Source of the DNA: an uncultured delta proteobacterium
GTDB taxonomy: Bacteria; Desulfobacterota; Desulfobacteria; Desulfobacterales; UBA2156
Assembly (NCBI GenBank): GCA_963736855.1
Contig: CAVTQK010000024.1
Span: forward strand, 96,001 to 160,000
Reading direction: 5' to 3'
Length of the DNA stretch: 64,000 nucleotides
Part shown: positions 11,318 to 21,857 of the stretch, in pieces
Numbering within the stretch: position 1 is the stretch's first letter
How the letters are laid out: each line of letters begins with the position of its first letter
Translations under genes and position numbers: made by a program
Notes under the pieces: model-generated
Seen by the model: only the letters and a program-made list of their open reading frames with translations
What the model was told of the DNA's origin: nothing
Databases searched by the model: none

Positions 11318-12580
11318 ATGCATCATTTCAACTACCGAAACGGGGAGCTTTTTTGTGAAGACGTGCCGGTAAAGGCCGTTGTCGAGGCGTCTGGAACTCC
11401 ATGTTATCTTTACAGTCACGCCACCCTGACGCGCCATTTTCAGGAGTTTTCGGACGCCTTTCAAGGAATGGACCGCCTGGTCTGCTATTCTGCCAAGGCC
11501 AACACAAATCTGGCGATCCTGCGGCTTTTTGTAAAAATGGGGGGCGGCCTAGACATTGTTTCGGGAGGGGAGCTGTATCGAGGACTTGCTGCCGGTTTTT
11601 CGGCGGAGCACATTGTTTACAGTGGTGTGGGAAAGATGGTGGATGAAATCGACTTTGCCCTTGAAAAAGGGATCCTCATGTTCAATGTGGAGTCCATTGA
11701 AGAACTCAAGCTTTTAAACGAAAGGGCCAAAACCCTTGGGAAGACGGCACCCATTGCACTGCGGGTCAATCCGGACGTAGATCCCAAGACACACCCATAT
11801 ATTTCTACCGGGCTGAATAAGAACAAGTTCGGCATCGACACGAAAGGAGCCATGGAAGGATACAGGTTGGCCCAAACGCTTTCCAATATTCGTGTTCGGG
11901 GAATCGATTGCCACATCGGCTCCCAGATTACCGAATCTACGCCTTTCAAGGATGCCCTGAAGAGCCTGGTCGGACTGGTCGGGAAGTTGAAGGATATGGG
12001 TATCCTCCTGGAGCATATCGACGTGGGCGGAGGTTTGGGGATCATTTACGACGATGAGTCGCCTCCCCTTCCCGTTGAATATGCCCGCGCCATCGTGGGT
12101 GCTCTTAAAGGGACCTCACTGAAGCTGATTTTGGAGCCGGGTCGGGTGATTGTGGGGAATGCCGGTATCTTGGTCACACGGGTACTGTACCGAAAAAAGG
12201 GAAAGGCTAAGGAGTTCGTCATCGTGGATGCCGCCATGAACGATCTCATCCGTCCCTCTTTGTATCATGCATACCATGCCGTGTGGCCGGTGGTTAGAAC
12301 GCGACGGAAAAAGATCCGCGCCGATGTGGTGGGACCTATTTGTGAAAGCGGGGATTTCCTGGCCGAGGACCGGGAAATGGCGGATGTCAAAAAGGGAGAA
12401 TTGCTGGCCGTGATGAGCGCCGGTGCATACGGTTTTTCCATGGCGTCCAACTATTGCTCCAGGCCCAAAGCCGCCGAGGTCATGGTGAAGGGCGACCGGT
12501 TCCATGTGGTGCGGGCACGAGAGACTTACGAGGATCTCATCCGGAGGGAATCGATTCCCGAGTTTATCGGATCACAATAG
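11318..12580 (+). CDS. lysA: Diaminopimelate decarboxylase
   Basis: Starts MHHFNYRNGEL; YSAKAN, CHIGSQ, EPGR, GPICESGD, GAYG..MASNY. Confidence 0.97.
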   Translation: MHHFNYRNGELFCEDVPVKAVVEASGTPCYLYSHATLTRHFQEFSDAFQGMDRLVCYSAKANTNLAILRLFVKMGGGLDIVSGGELYRGLAAGFSAEHIVYSGVGKMVDEIDFALEKGILMFNVESIEELKLLNERAKTLGKTAPIALRVNPDVDPKTHPYISTGLNKNKFGIDTKGAMEGYRLAQTLSNIRVRGIDCHIGSQITESTPFKDALKSLVGLVGKLKDMGILLEHIDVGGGLGIIYDDESPPLPVEYARAIVGALKGTSLKLILEPGRVIVGNAGILVTRVLYRKKGKAKEFVIVDAAMNDLIRPSLYHAYHAVWPVVRTRRKKIRADVVGPICESGDFLAEDREMADVKKGELLAVMSAGAYGFSMASNYCSRPKAAEVMVKGDRFHVVRARETYEDLIRRESIPEFIGSQ

Positions 12581-12690
12581 CGAGCCCATTCCCTGCAGAT
12601 TGCTGCAGTGCCCTTCAACAACCGAAGAGGTGTCGGTGGTACCGAAAGGGAGCGGATCCTGTACACAGCCGAAAAGTTACGATTGAGGCC

Positions 12691-13536
12691 ATGAAAAAAA
12701 TCCCTTTTTTCAAAATGAGCGGCAGCGGAAACGACTTTATTGTTATCGACAACCGGGATCCTGTGGTTGACGAGGCTGTGCTGACTCGGTTTATCGCAGG
12801 TGTGTGTCGCAGAAGACTTTCCGCAGGGGCCGATGGTTTGATCCTGGTGGAGCGATCCGGGTGCGCGGATTTCAAGTGGCGGTATTATAACTCGGACGGG
12901 AGCCGGGCCGAAATGTGCGGCAACGGGGCACGGTGTGTGTCCCGGTTTGCCTATTTGAAAGGGATTGCCGGAGCCTCTTTGTCTTTTGAGGCGGATACCG
13001 GCCTTATGGAGGCAATAATGATCGGGGACCGCGTGAAGGTCAAGATGCCCATGCCTCATGACATGAGTATGGATGAATCCGTCGAGACAACGGAAGGTCT
13101 GGTCCGGCTGAGCCGCATCAACACGGGAGTTCCCCACGCCGTGGTGGAGGTTCGGGACCTGGGAGCGGTGGATGTGCGGGCCAGGGGTCGGGAAATGCGG
13201 TTTCATCGGCATTTTGCTCCGGCTGGGACCAACGTCAACTTCATTGTTCCCGAAAAGGACGGAGTGATTGCCATAAGGACCTATGAGCGGGGGGTTGAGG
13301 ATGAAACCTTGGCATGCGGAACCGGCGCCATCGCCAGTGCCCTGGTGACGGCGGTCAAACAGGGGATGACTTCTCCCATTCGGGTTCTGCCGAAGGGAGG
13401 CGGATATTTGACCATCCATTTCAAGCGTGAAAAGATCGGTTTTGACGAAGTGTTTCTCGAGGGGGATGCCCGAGTCATTTACGAGGGAGTCATGTGGGAC
13501 GAAGCCTGGAAAGAAGGAGGGACAACAAACCAATGA
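12691..13536 (+). CDS. dapF: Diaminopimelate epimerase
   Basis: [40 protein letters not shown]. Confidence 0.97.
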   Translation: MKKIPFFKMSGSGNDFIVIDNRDPVVDEAVLTRFIAGVCRRRLSAGADGLILVERSGCADFKWRYYNSDGSRAEMCGNGARCVSRFAYLKGIAGASLSFEADTGLMEAIMIGDRVKVKMPMPHDMSMDESVETTEGLVRLSRINTGVPHAVVEVRDLGAVDVRARGREMRFHRHFAPAGTNVNFIVPEKDGVIAIRTYERGVEDETLACGTGAIASALVTAVKQGMTSPIRVLPKGGGYLTIHFKREKIGFDEVFLEGDARVIYEGVMWDEAWKEGGTTNQ

Positions 13537-14714
13537 TCGCCATCGAGAAAGCGGAACGAGTCAAGAGCCTACCGCCGTATCTGTTCAAGGAACTCGACCG
13601 CCAAAAAGAAGCGGTCCGTAGTCAGGGAGTCGATATCATCGACCTAGGAGTAGGTGACCCGGACCTTCCCACTCCCAGACACATCATCGAAGCCCTCAGC
13701 CGCGCAGCCGACGACCCGGCCAACCATAGGTACCCGTCTTATACGGGTATGAAAGCTTTCAATGCCGCTGCAGCAAGATGGTATCAGAAGCGATTCAATG
13801 TGGACCTGGATCCCGAGAGGGAAGTCGTGACACTCATCGGTTCCAAGGAGGGGATTGCCCATCTTCCCCTGGCTTTTATTGATCCGGGGGATGTGGCCCT
13901 GGTGCCGAGTCCGGCGTATCCGGTATACAATATCGGAGTCCGATTTGCCGGAGGGCATTCCTATTTTATGGACCTGACCCTGCAAAATGAATTCTTGCCT
14001 GACTTTGCGGCGATTCCTCCGGAAATCGCTGAGAAGGCCAAGCTGATGTTCATTAATTACCCCAACAACCCTACTGCGGCCGTTGCTCCCAAGAGTTTTT
14101 TTGAAAAGGTGGTGGATTTCGCCCGGAGGTATCAAATCATCGTGTGTCACGATGCCGCTTATACCGAAATGGCCTTTGACGGTTATCGTCCCACAAGCTT
14201 TCTGGAGGTTCCCGGGGCCAAGGATGTGGGGATCGAGTTTCACAGCCTCTCCAAGACGTATGCGATGACAGGATGGCGGATTGGTTTTGCGGTGGGACGG
14301 GCAGAAGTGATCGAGGGTCTGGGGCAGGTGAAGAGTAACATCGACTCCGGCGCATTTCAGGCGATACAACTGGCCGGGATCGTGGCCTTGGAAGGAGATC
14401 AGACGTGCGTAAATAAAATGAACGCAGAATACCAGGCCCGCAGAGACATTCTGGTAGACGGACTTTCAAAACTGGGCCTGGCGGTCCTAAAACCGAAGGC
14501 GACTTTTTATGTCTGGGTCGGAATTCCGAAGGGTTTTTCGTCGGCCGATTTTGCCGGCCGTTTGTTGAAAAAAGCGGGCGTGGTGGCAACCCCCGGGAAC
14601 GGTTTCGGCGCCGCTGGGGAAGGGTATATCCGGATGGCCCTCACCGTGAGCCAAAAGCGGATGCAGGAGGCCGTGGAAAGGCTTGGCGCCATCGACTGGT
14701 CACATGCCTTTTGA
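13533..14714 (+). CDS. dapL: LL-diaminopimelate aminotransferase (class I/II PLP enzyme)
   Basis: [45 protein letters not shown] overlap with dapF. Confidence 0.85.
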   Translation: MIAIEKAERVKSLPPYLFKELDRQKEAVRSQGVDIIDLGVGDPDLPTPRHIIEALSRAADDPANHRYPSYTGMKAFNAAAARWYQKRFNVDLDPEREVVTLIGSKEGIAHLPLAFIDPGDVALVPSPAYPVYNIGVRFAGGHSYFMDLTLQNEFLPDFAAIPPEIAEKAKLMFINYPNNPTAAVAPKSFFEKVVDFARRYQIIVCHDAAYTEMAFDGYRPTSFLEVPGAKDVGIEFHSLSKTYAMTGWRIGFAVGRAEVIEGLGQVKSNIDSGAFQAIQLAGIVALEGDQTCVNKMNAEYQARRDILVDGLSKLGLAVLKPKATFYVWVGIPKGFSSADFAGRLLKKAGVVATPGNGFGAAGEGYIRMALTVSQKRMQEAVERLGAIDWSHAF

Positions 14715-15204
14715 AGAGGATGTCTTTCTTTCAGTCGGTTCCAACATGGGGGATCGGCTCGAAAACTGCAAACGCGGCATCGGCGGGCTTGCCGAATACG
14801 GGTCCACGCAGCTGACCGGGCAATCCCGTTTTTACCTGACCGAGCCGGTGGATTATAAAAACCAAGATTGGTTTGCCAATGCGGTGATTCGGATCCGGAC
14901 CGACTTGGGTCCACATGAATTGTTAAAAGCCATGCGGTTGATCCAGCATCGCGCAGGCAGAACATCAGACCCAGTAAGATTCGGGCCCCGGATCCTGGAT
15001 CTGGACATTTTGATTTATGGAGATCGAGTGGTAGAGACCAACGATCTCATCATCCCGCACCCGCGGATGCATGAAAGGCGATTTGTACTGCAACCCATGT
15101 GTGATATTAACCCGAACACAGTCCATCCGATTTTAAAAAAAAGCATGCGGTCCCTGTTGGACGCCTTGCCTGAAGGATCCCAGCGGGTGATGCTTTGCCC
15201 ATGA
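14704..15204 (+). CDS. folK: 2-amino-4-hydroxy-6-hydroxymethyldihydropteridine diphosphokinase
   Basis: [33 protein letters not shown]. Confidence 0.95.
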   Translation: MPFEEDVFLSVGSNMGDRLENCKRGIGGLAEYGSTQLTGQSRFYLTEPVDYKNQDWFANAVIRIRTDLGPHELLKAMRLIQHRAGRTSDPVRFGPRILDLDILIYGDRVVETNDLIIPHPRMHERRFVLQPMCDINPNTVHPILKKSMRSLLDALPEGSQRVMLCP

Positions 15205-15461
15205 AAATTCTGGTTCTGATCGCTGCCGTATACTTGGGATATCGGTTCCTTCGTCACTGGATGGGCCATGTCACCATAACAAACCGAAAATATTCAGGTC
15301 ATGGGAATCGGGAAATCGATGATTTGATGGTCAAAGATCCGGTCTGCGAAGTCTATATTCCCAAGAATGAAGGGATTCGGCTGCTTGTAGACGGTCAGGA
15401 GTATTATTTTTGCAGTTCCAAATGCAGAGATACGTTTCTGGAGAATCGGCGGCGGCATTGA
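15201..15461 (+). CDS. YHS/TRASH domain membrane-anchored protein
   Basis: N-terminal TM; MVKDPVCEVY...YYFCSSKC. Confidence 0.85.
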   Translation: MKILVLIAAVYLGYRFLRHWMGHVTITNRKYSGHGNREIDDLMVKDPVCEVYIPKNEGIRLLVDGQEYYFCSSKCRDTFLENRRRH

Positions 15462-15464
15462 AGT

Positions 15465-15621
15465 TTGATGAAATCGTAAAAACTCAAAATTAGGATGGCA
15501 AAGTAAAAAGCTTCATATGCAAGGCGTGCAAATCCTGAGGAATGAGGCGTATATATGGGTACGCCGCAATGACGAAGGATGCAGTGCAACGCAGCAGATG
15601 GACTTTTTACGAAGCCATCAA
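15465..15621. repeat. 157-bp REPIN/MITE-like element, family A copy 3
   Basis: Near-identical to 11138-11294, same orientation. Confidence 0.9.
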
Positions 15622-15657
15622 AGTTTGATGAACGCATAAACAAGAAAAGAAACGGCA

Positions 15658-16215
15658 TTGGCGGATAAATCCAGTATATTAAGCCCGCCGAATCGGCTGA
15701 CCCTTTTGCGCATCGTCGCGATTCCCGGAATTATCATCTTATTGCATTTTCCTGGGAAAATGACGACGCTTGCGGCAGCAATGGTTTTTAGCATTGCAGC
15801 CATAACGGACTGGCTGGACGGATACTGGGCCCGGCGCTGCGGCTTGGTTTCTAACTTGGGGAAGGTCATGGATCCGGTGGCGGATAAGCTCCTCGTATCG
15901 TCGAGTTTCATCATGCTCACCTACCATGGATGGGTTCCCGCCTGGGTGGTGTGTGTGATTATCGGCAGGGAACTGGCGGTGACGGGATTGCGCAACGTCA
16001 TTGCGGAAAAAGGGGAGGACCTTTCCGCTTCCATGCTGGGAAAGTATAAAACCGGATTCCAGATTTCCGCCATCATCCCTCTTCTTTTACATTTTCCATA
16101 TTTAGGCATCCGTTTTCACGCCATCGGAACGGTCTTTCTATGGCTGGCCCTATTTTTCACCATCTGGTCGGGAGCGGACTATTTTATAAGATATCGAAAA
16201 TTGCTCAAGGGATGA
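15658..16215 (+). CDS. pgsA: CDP-diacylglycerol--glycerol-3-phosphate 3-phosphatidyltransferase
   Basis: PN.LT..R, DWLDGYWAR, G..MDPVADK, GRE..VTGLR; followed by tRNA-Gly/Cys as in many bacteria. Confidence 0.93.
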   Translation: MADKSSILSPPNRLTLLRIVAIPGIIILLHFPGKMTTLAAAMVFSIAAITDWLDGYWARRCGLVSNLGKVMDPVADKLLVSSSFIMLTYHGWVPAWVVCVIIGRELAVTGLRNVIAEKGEDLSASMLGKYKTGFQISAIIPLLLHFPYLGIRFHAIGTVFLWLALFFTIWSGADYFIRYRKLLKG

Positions 16216-16267
16216 AGAAAAGGGGGTTGACAAACGGTGCCGGATTGATTACTTGATCCGAAAAAGA

Positions 16268-16342
16268 GCGGGAATAACTCAGTGGTAGAGTGCGACCTTG
16301 CCAAGGTCGAAGTCGCGGGTTCAAATCCCGTTTCCCGCTCCA
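16268..16342 (+). tRNA. tRNA-Gly (GCC)
   Basis: GCGGGAA/TTCCCGC acceptor stem, CGACC-TTGCCAA-GGTCG anticodon arm, GGTTCAAATCC, CCA. Confidence 0.97.
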
Positions 16343-16352
16343 TTTTTTTTGA

Positions 16353-16427
16353 GGCGGCATAGCCAAGTGGTAAGGCAGCGGTCTGCAAAACCGTTATACT
16401 CCGGTTCAAATCCGGATGCCGCCTCCA
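16353..16427 (+). tRNA. tRNA-Cys (GCA)
   Basis: GGCGGCA/TGCCGCC acceptor stem, CTGCAAA anticodon loop, GGTTCAAATCC, TCCA end. Confidence 0.97.
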
Positions 16428-16625
16428 TATTCGATTCTTCTTTTATGTGCATCCGAGTGAAAACCTCGTCAATTGTATTGGTTACCCAGTCCCTGAAATC
16501 AAAACGATCAAACCTATGCGTCGGTTCTTCCTATCAACCGAACCCAAGGGGTATCAGCCATTCATGTTGTTTCAGATCGATTCGGTTCAAGAAGAGTTAT
16601 AAACCACTTGCCAAGGAGGCCTGCC

Positions 16626-17069
16626 ATGAATCAAATCAGGGAACAAGCCGCTTTCATTTGTTCGAGGGACACAATCGATGGCGCATACCCCAGCCTGATT
16701 TTAGGTATCAATGCCGCCCGGCTGGGAATGGAGACAAAGGTATTTTACACTTTCATGGGGTTGCGCCTGCTCCTTAGAGGCGGATTTGAACGTGCCAAGT
16801 TCATTCCACCCGGCATTCTCGGGGCTATTCCGGGGATGGCCAGCATCGCCACGGCGATGATGAAAAGCAAGATCGACAAGGCTAACATTCCAAGCCTCGC
16901 CGAACTTCAAGAAATGGCGCAGATCGAGGGGGTCGAATTGATCGCCTGCCGGATGAGCGTGGACATGATGGAGCTTAAGGAAGAAGAGCTCATCGACGGC
17001 GCTCTGATCTGGTCTGCCCAGGATTTCATGAAATACGCCAAGGACGCCAAGCTGTGCCTTTTTACCTGA
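16626..17069 (+). CDS. DsrE/DsrF/DrsH-like (DsrE2-type) sulfur-relay protein
   Basis: YPSLIL...VFYTFMGL...IACRMSVDMM; RBS AAGGAGG. Confidence 0.85.
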   Translation: MNQIREQAAFICSRDTIDGAYPSLILGINAARLGMETKVFYTFMGLRLLLRGGFERAKFIPPGILGAIPGMASIATAMMKSKIDKANIPSLAELQEMAQIEGVELIACRMSVDMMELKEEELIDGALIWSAQDFMKYAKDAKLCLFT

Positions 17070-17078
17070 CGGACAAAG

Positions 17079-18638
17079 ATGATGAAAAACGGCCTGACGT
17101 CTAATTCGGAGCATCGCATGAGGCTGGGTCGACGCAAGGAGGACCGGATCCTCCTGGGTCAGTTGAAGCGCTATCACCAGCTTTATCAAGTGGGACAGGT
17201 GATCACCTCGGAGATGAACCTCGAGACCCTGTTCGAGGTGATCATCAACCAAACCGATGAGGTCATGGATACCCAGCGAAGTACGGTGTTTCTCTTTGAT
17301 GAACAGAGTAATACTTTGTGGTCCCTGGTCGCCTCAGGGATGGGGAAAGAACTGATCCGGATTTCGGCCGGAAAAGGGGTGGCCGGATGGGTCTTTCAAA
17401 AGGGCCAGGCTGCCCTGATCAATGACGCATACGCCGATCCCCGCTTCTACCCCGACATCGACCGTAAATCCGGATTTCATACCCGAAATATCCTTTGTAT
17501 CCCGCTGGTCAACCGCAGCAATCATCGCATCGGAGTCCTCCAGACGCTGAATAAAAAAGACGGTGATTTTACTTACGCGGATTTAGAGCTTTTGACCTCG
17601 ATTTCCCATTATGTGGCTATTTCTCTGGAAAACGCCAAGCTCTATGAGGATTTAAAGCTCATGGAAAAAGCCCGGGAGCGGGTCATCAACCACCTGTCAC
17701 ATGAACTCAAGACCCCTCTTGCAGTCATCGGCGCGGCATTGCACCAGATGGGAAAGAAACTCCATAAAAGCCATGTCGAAGGTTATGAGTCCATCCTGAA
17801 ACGGGGCAGACGAAGCATTGAGCGGCTCTTGAATCTTCAGGAAAAGATCGATGATATTTTGAATCAAAAAGTGGTGCTGGAAAAAGATACGCTCACTAAA
17901 ATCATCGAAGATGCCGCTTTTCTGGTGGAAGAGTCGATGGAAGAAAACGGCGGTACGCTGCGTCGAAGTCTCGAGGTAGTGCTGCAGAAGATACAGGCCA
18001 TATATGCCATCGATCCGATGATCATGGAAGACCTGGATCTGGGGAGCATTATAACCGAAGTTTTTAAACATGTTCAGGCCCAAAGCCATAACAGAAACCT
18101 GAAATTCAGAAGCACAATCGAAGAAAATCTTTGCATCCGACTGGATCGGAAGGTGTTGTCCAAGGTGCTGGGGGGAATCCTGAGAAACGCCGTGGAAAAC
18201 ACGCCCGATGAAGGTTGTATCGAAATATCGGCGGGTCGCAAGCAGGATGCAATCCAGGTGGAGATTCGCGATTCCGGCATCGGGATATCCCCCCAGAACC
18301 AAAAGTTAATATTTCAAGGTTTTATTCACATGACCGATACCACGGTTTATTCATCGAAGAATCCCTACGATTTCGGAGCCGGCGGAACCGGTTCGGACCT
18401 TTTGCGGATCAAATTATTTTCCGAGCGCCTGGGCTTTGACGTTTCTTTTAAAAGTGCCCGTTGCCCCTTTATCCCTATGGATCGAGATCAGTGCCCGGGC
18501 CGGATCTCAATCTGCCCTCACATCAATGCCGAAGAGCAATGCCAAGAATTTGGCGGAACGGCCTTCACCCTTCTCTTCCACACTGGGAAACCATTGAAAC
18601 TGCAAAAAGATCAAGGTGCCATGGGGCTCCTTGCCTGA
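17079..18638 (+). CDS. GAF-domain sensor histidine kinase
   Basis: GAF (GVAGWV, DAYADPRF, NILCIPL, NKKDGDFT), H-box LSHELKTPL, NAVENTP, DSGIGI. Confidence 0.9.
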   Translation: MMKNGLTSNSEHRMRLGRRKEDRILLGQLKRYHQLYQVGQVITSEMNLETLFEVIINQTDEVMDTQRSTVFLFDEQSNTLWSLVASGMGKELIRISAGKGVAGWVFQKGQAALINDAYADPRFYPDIDRKSGFHTRNILCIPLVNRSNHRIGVLQTLNKKDGDFTYADLELLTSISHYVAISLENAKLYEDLKLMEKARERVINHLSHELKTPLAVIGAALHQMGKKLHKSHVEGYESILKRGRRSIERLLNLQEKIDDILNQKVVLEKDTLTKIIEDAAFLVEESMEENGGTLRRSLEVVLQKIQAIYAIDPMIMEDLDLGSIITEVFKHVQAQSHNRNLKFRSTIEENLCIRLDRKVLSKVLGGILRNAVENTPDEGCIEISAGRKQDAIQVEIRDSGIGISPQNQKLIFQGFIHMTDTTVYSSKNPYDFGAGGTGSDLLRIKLFSERLGFDVSFKSARCPFIPMDRDQCPGRISICPHINAEEQCQEFGGTAFTLLFHTGKPLKLQKDQGAMGLLA

Positions 18639-18802
18639 TCCCCGGACTAACTCTGACGTTTTGGTAAAATCCATTTTCCTTTTTGATGTGAATCAGTTGC
18701 AGACTGTATGTCGCAGCCGGTATCGAAGTGTGGCGATATCGGAATTGACCCGGCTTGAGCCTTGGGGTATGGAAAAAGGGAAACAGGACGCGAGGCTTTC
18801 AT

Positions 18803-19957
18803 ATGAAATCGAAAATCGTACGGTGGGTGCTGGGGTTTTTAATCATCTTGGGGATCGGGGGATACCTATGGCATGCCACCCGCTCCAAACCGATTGAAAT
18901 CGTTGTTCATCCGGTTGAGCAGGGGTTGGTGGAAAAAACGGTTTCCAATACCCGTGCCGGGACAGTCAAAGCCTGCCGCCGGGCGAAGCTTTCGCCGGGA
19001 ATCGGTGGGCAAATCGTCAGGCTCAACGTCCGGGAGGGAGATCGGGCAAAAAAGGGCCAGCTTCTCCTGGAGCTGTGGAACGAAGATCTCACTGCAGAGC
19101 TGACTTTGGCCCAGCGGGAAGCCGGGGCGGCCTTGGCGAAAAAGAAAGCGGTCTGCCTGAGGGCGGAAATGGCCCAGCGGGAAGCCGAACGGCTTGTGAG
19201 TCTTCGGAAAAGCGGAGCGGCTTCCGAGGAGCGCGCAGACCGGGCCGTCACCGAAGCCAAAGCCCTGCAAGCGGAATGTACGGCAGCCGAAGCGGCTATT
19301 TCCATCAGTCAGGCGCGTGCTGCTGCGATCCTGGCGACTCTGGAACGCACTCGCCTTTTCGCTCCTTTTGACGGCGTTATCGCAGAAATCAACGGGGAGC
19401 TTAACGAATACGTCACACCGTCGCCCATCGGTATTCCAACCCCTCCGGCTGTTGATATCATCGACACCTCCTGTTTCTATGTGGTGGCTCCCATCGATGA
19501 GGTGGACGCTCCCCAGGTATCCGTAGGGATGACGGCAAGGGTCAGCCTCGATGCCTTCCGGGAGCGTCGTCTCATGGGAAAAGTCGAAAGAATCGATGCC
19601 TATGTCCTGGATCGGGAACGGCAGGCCCGGACGGTGGATGTGGAAGTTCGCTTCGCTCCGCCGGAAAATGTTACCCGCCTTTTGGCCGGATACAGCGCAG
19701 ACATCGATATTATACTGGAAGTTCACGCGGACACCCTTCGCGTCCCCTCGGAATCGATTTTGGGAAAAAAGAGCGTGTTTATTTTCGACCCGGCGACGAA
19801 AAAAATTGTGAGACGATCCGTGGAAATCGGAATTTCCAACTGGGATTTCACCGAAATCCGGTCCGGGCTCCAAAAAGGGGAACTGGTGGTTCTCAATGTG
19901 GATGAAGCCGGTGTCAAAGACGGGGCTGCCGCCGTACGCGTCGAGAAACGCTCATGA
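18803..19957 (+). CDS. Efflux periplasmic adaptor (MacA/HlyD family)
   Basis: N-terminal TM, lipoyl motifs VREGD...GQLL and APFDGVI, helical hairpin. Confidence 0.9.
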   Translation: MKSKIVRWVLGFLIILGIGGYLWHATRSKPIEIVVHPVEQGLVEKTVSNTRAGTVKACRRAKLSPGIGGQIVRLNVREGDRAKKGQLLLELWNEDLTAELTLAQREAGAALAKKKAVCLRAEMAQREAERLVSLRKSGAASEERADRAVTEAKALQAECTAAEAAISISQARAAAILATLERTRLFAPFDGVIAEINGELNEYVTPSPIGIPTPPAVDIIDTSCFYVVAPIDEVDAPQVSVGMTARVSLDAFRERRLMGKVERIDAYVLDRERQARTVDVEVRFAPPENVTRLLAGYSADIDIILEVHADTLRVPSESILGKKSVFIFDPATKKIVRRSVEIGISNWDFTEIRSGLQKGELVVLNVDEAGVKDGAAAVRVEKRS

Positions 19958-20631
19958 TTCAGTTGATGGATGTGGACCGGATATTCGAGGTGGGAAATGA
20001 GAAGGTCTACGGACTGAACCGCGTTAATCTATCCGTGGCGGCTGGAGAGTATGTCGCTGTGATGGGGCCGTCCGGATCGGGAAAATCCACTCTTTTAAAT
20101 ATCATCGGTCTCCTCGATCGCCCAACACAGGGGATCTACCGCCTCGACGGTGTGAATACCACAGACCTTTCAGACCACGAGCAGGCCCTGGTCAGAAGGG
20201 ATAAGATCGGATTTGTTTTTCAGTTTTTCCATCTGATTCCGCGGTTGACGGCTGCCGAAAACATCGAACTTCCGCTCATCTTAGCCGGCATGGATGCAAA
20301 AGAACGGAAGCAACGCGTTATGGAAACCCTCAACGCCCTTGGGATTCGGGATAGATCCAGACATCGACCCGATCAGCTTTCAGGAGGCCAACGCCAGCGG
20401 GTGGCCATTGCCCGCGCCACAGTGATGCGGCCCCGCATTATTCTTGCTGATGAACCCACCGGGAACCTCGACCGGGCCTCCGGTACCGAGGTGATTCAGA
20501 TCCTGGAGAAATTGAACCGTATCGGCATTTCGCTGATTATGGTTACTCACGACCCTGCCCTTGGAGAACGGGCGTTGCGGAAAATCGTTATGGAAGACGG
20601 AAAGATCGTCTCAGATAGCCGAAAGGCGTAA
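19954..20631 (+). CDS. ABC transporter ATP-binding protein (MacB/LolD type)
   Basis: [33 protein letters not shown]. Confidence 0.95.
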   Translation: MIQLMDVDRIFEVGNEKVYGLNRVNLSVAAGEYVAVMGPSGSGKSTLLNIIGLLDRPTQGIYRLDGVNTTDLSDHEQALVRRDKIGFVFQFFHLIPRLTAAENIELPLILAGMDAKERKQRVMETLNALGIRDRSRHRPDQLSGGQRQRVAIARATVMRPRIILADEPTGNLDRASGTEVIQILEKLNRIGISLIMVTHDPALGERALRKIVMEDGKIVSDSRKA

Positions 20632-20641
20632 GAGAAAAACT

Positions 20642-21847
20642 GTGAAATCCGGGGACACGCTTCGATTCGGTATTCAAGCCCTTTTCGGGTATCCGGCGCG
20701 CACCCTCCTTGTCCTTTTGGCCATGGCGATGGGAGTGGCCTCCGTCATCGTATTGACAGCTCTGGGAGAGGGAGCGCGAAGGTACGTGACGCAAGAGTTC
20801 ACGTCCCTGGGCACCCATCTCCTCTTTGTACTTCCGGGACGATCAGAGACCGTGGGGGGACCACCCCCTTTTCTGGCTGCAACACCCAGGGACCTTACAC
20901 TGCAGGATGCCATGGCCCTGACCCGGATCGCTTCGGTGGTGCGGGTGGCTCCGATATCGGTTGGATCGGCCCCGGTTTCCTGGCGCCAGAGGGATCGGGA
21001 AGTTACCATCCTCGGTTCCACCTCCGATCTCTTCGAGATTCGTCAGCTATCCATGGCCCAGGGTGAATTTCTACCGGCACGGGATCCCTTTCAGGGAGAA
21101 GCAGTTGCCGTCCTGGGATCCAGGGTGAAAGAAGAGCTCTTCATGAACGAAAACGCCATGGGTGAGTGGATCCGCATCCAGGACCGCCGTTTCAGGGTCA
21201 TCGGAATCCTGTCAAAAAAGGGTCAGTCCCTCGGAATGGACATGAGCGATGTGGTCGTGATACCGGTGGCCTCCTCCCAGTCCCTTTTTAATACGTTCAC
21301 CTTGTTTCGGATCATGATCCAGGCCAAGAGCCGCCAATCGGTGATTCAAACCAAGGCATCCGTCATTGAGGTCATCCGGGAAAGGCATGACGGGGAAGAC
21401 GACATCACCGTCATCACCCAGGACGCGATCTTGTCCACCTTTGACCGAATACTCGTCACCATGACTTTGACGGTTGCCGGTATAGCGGCCATCAGCCTAG
21501 TGGTAGCCGGGATTCTGATCATGAATGTGATGTTGATTTCCGTTTCCCAACGGCAGACCGAGATCGGGCTCCTCAAGGCCCTGGGAGCCCGATCTCCTCA
21601 GATATTGCGCTTATTCTTAGTGGAAGCCTCCACATTGTCCTTTGCCGGCGCCTGTATGGGTTTGGTTATCGGTTATGGCGGAAAATGGGTTTTATCCGGA
21701 ATGTTTCCATCGTTTCCGCTTCACATCCCCCAGTGGTCCCTGATTGCGGCGGTCTGTGTGGCAGTTTCCAACGGACTGATCTTTGGAGTACTGCCCGCCC
21801 GACGCGCTTCGCGCTTAGACCCGGTGCTGGCTTTGGCCAAACGATGA
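20642..21847 (+). CDS. ABC transporter permease (MacB/FtsX family)
   Basis: TM, periplasmic domain, ISLVVAGILIMNVML...EIGLLKALGA, LDPV.AL; GTG start inferred. Confidence 0.92.
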   Translation: MKSGDTLRFGIQALFGYPARTLLVLLAMAMGVASVIVLTALGEGARRYVTQEFTSLGTHLLFVLPGRSETVGGPPPFLAATPRDLTLQDAMALTRIASVVRVAPISVGSAPVSWRQRDREVTILGSTSDLFEIRQLSMAQGEFLPARDPFQGEAVAVLGSRVKEELFMNENAMGEWIRIQDRRFRVIGILSKKGQSLGMDMSDVVVIPVASSQSLFNTFTLFRIMIQAKSRQSVIQTKASVIEVIRERHDGEDDITVITQDAILSTFDRILVTMTLTVAGIAAISLVVAGILIMNVMLISVSQRQTEIGLLKALGARSPQILRLFLVEASTLSFAGACMGLVIGYGGKWVLSGMFPSFPLHIPQWSLIAAVCVAVSNGLIFGVLPARRASRLDPVLALAKR

Positions 21848-21857
21848 GAAGGGTGTC

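Noticed and set aside
12526..13533. Long antisense ORFs (also 18866-19873 and 43647-44417)
   Set aside because: They lie opposite well-supported genes, have no motifs, and are expected by-products of codon bias
16179..16777. ORFs overlapping the tRNA genes (also 58573-59091)
   Set aside because: Shadow frames of tRNA and secG sequence
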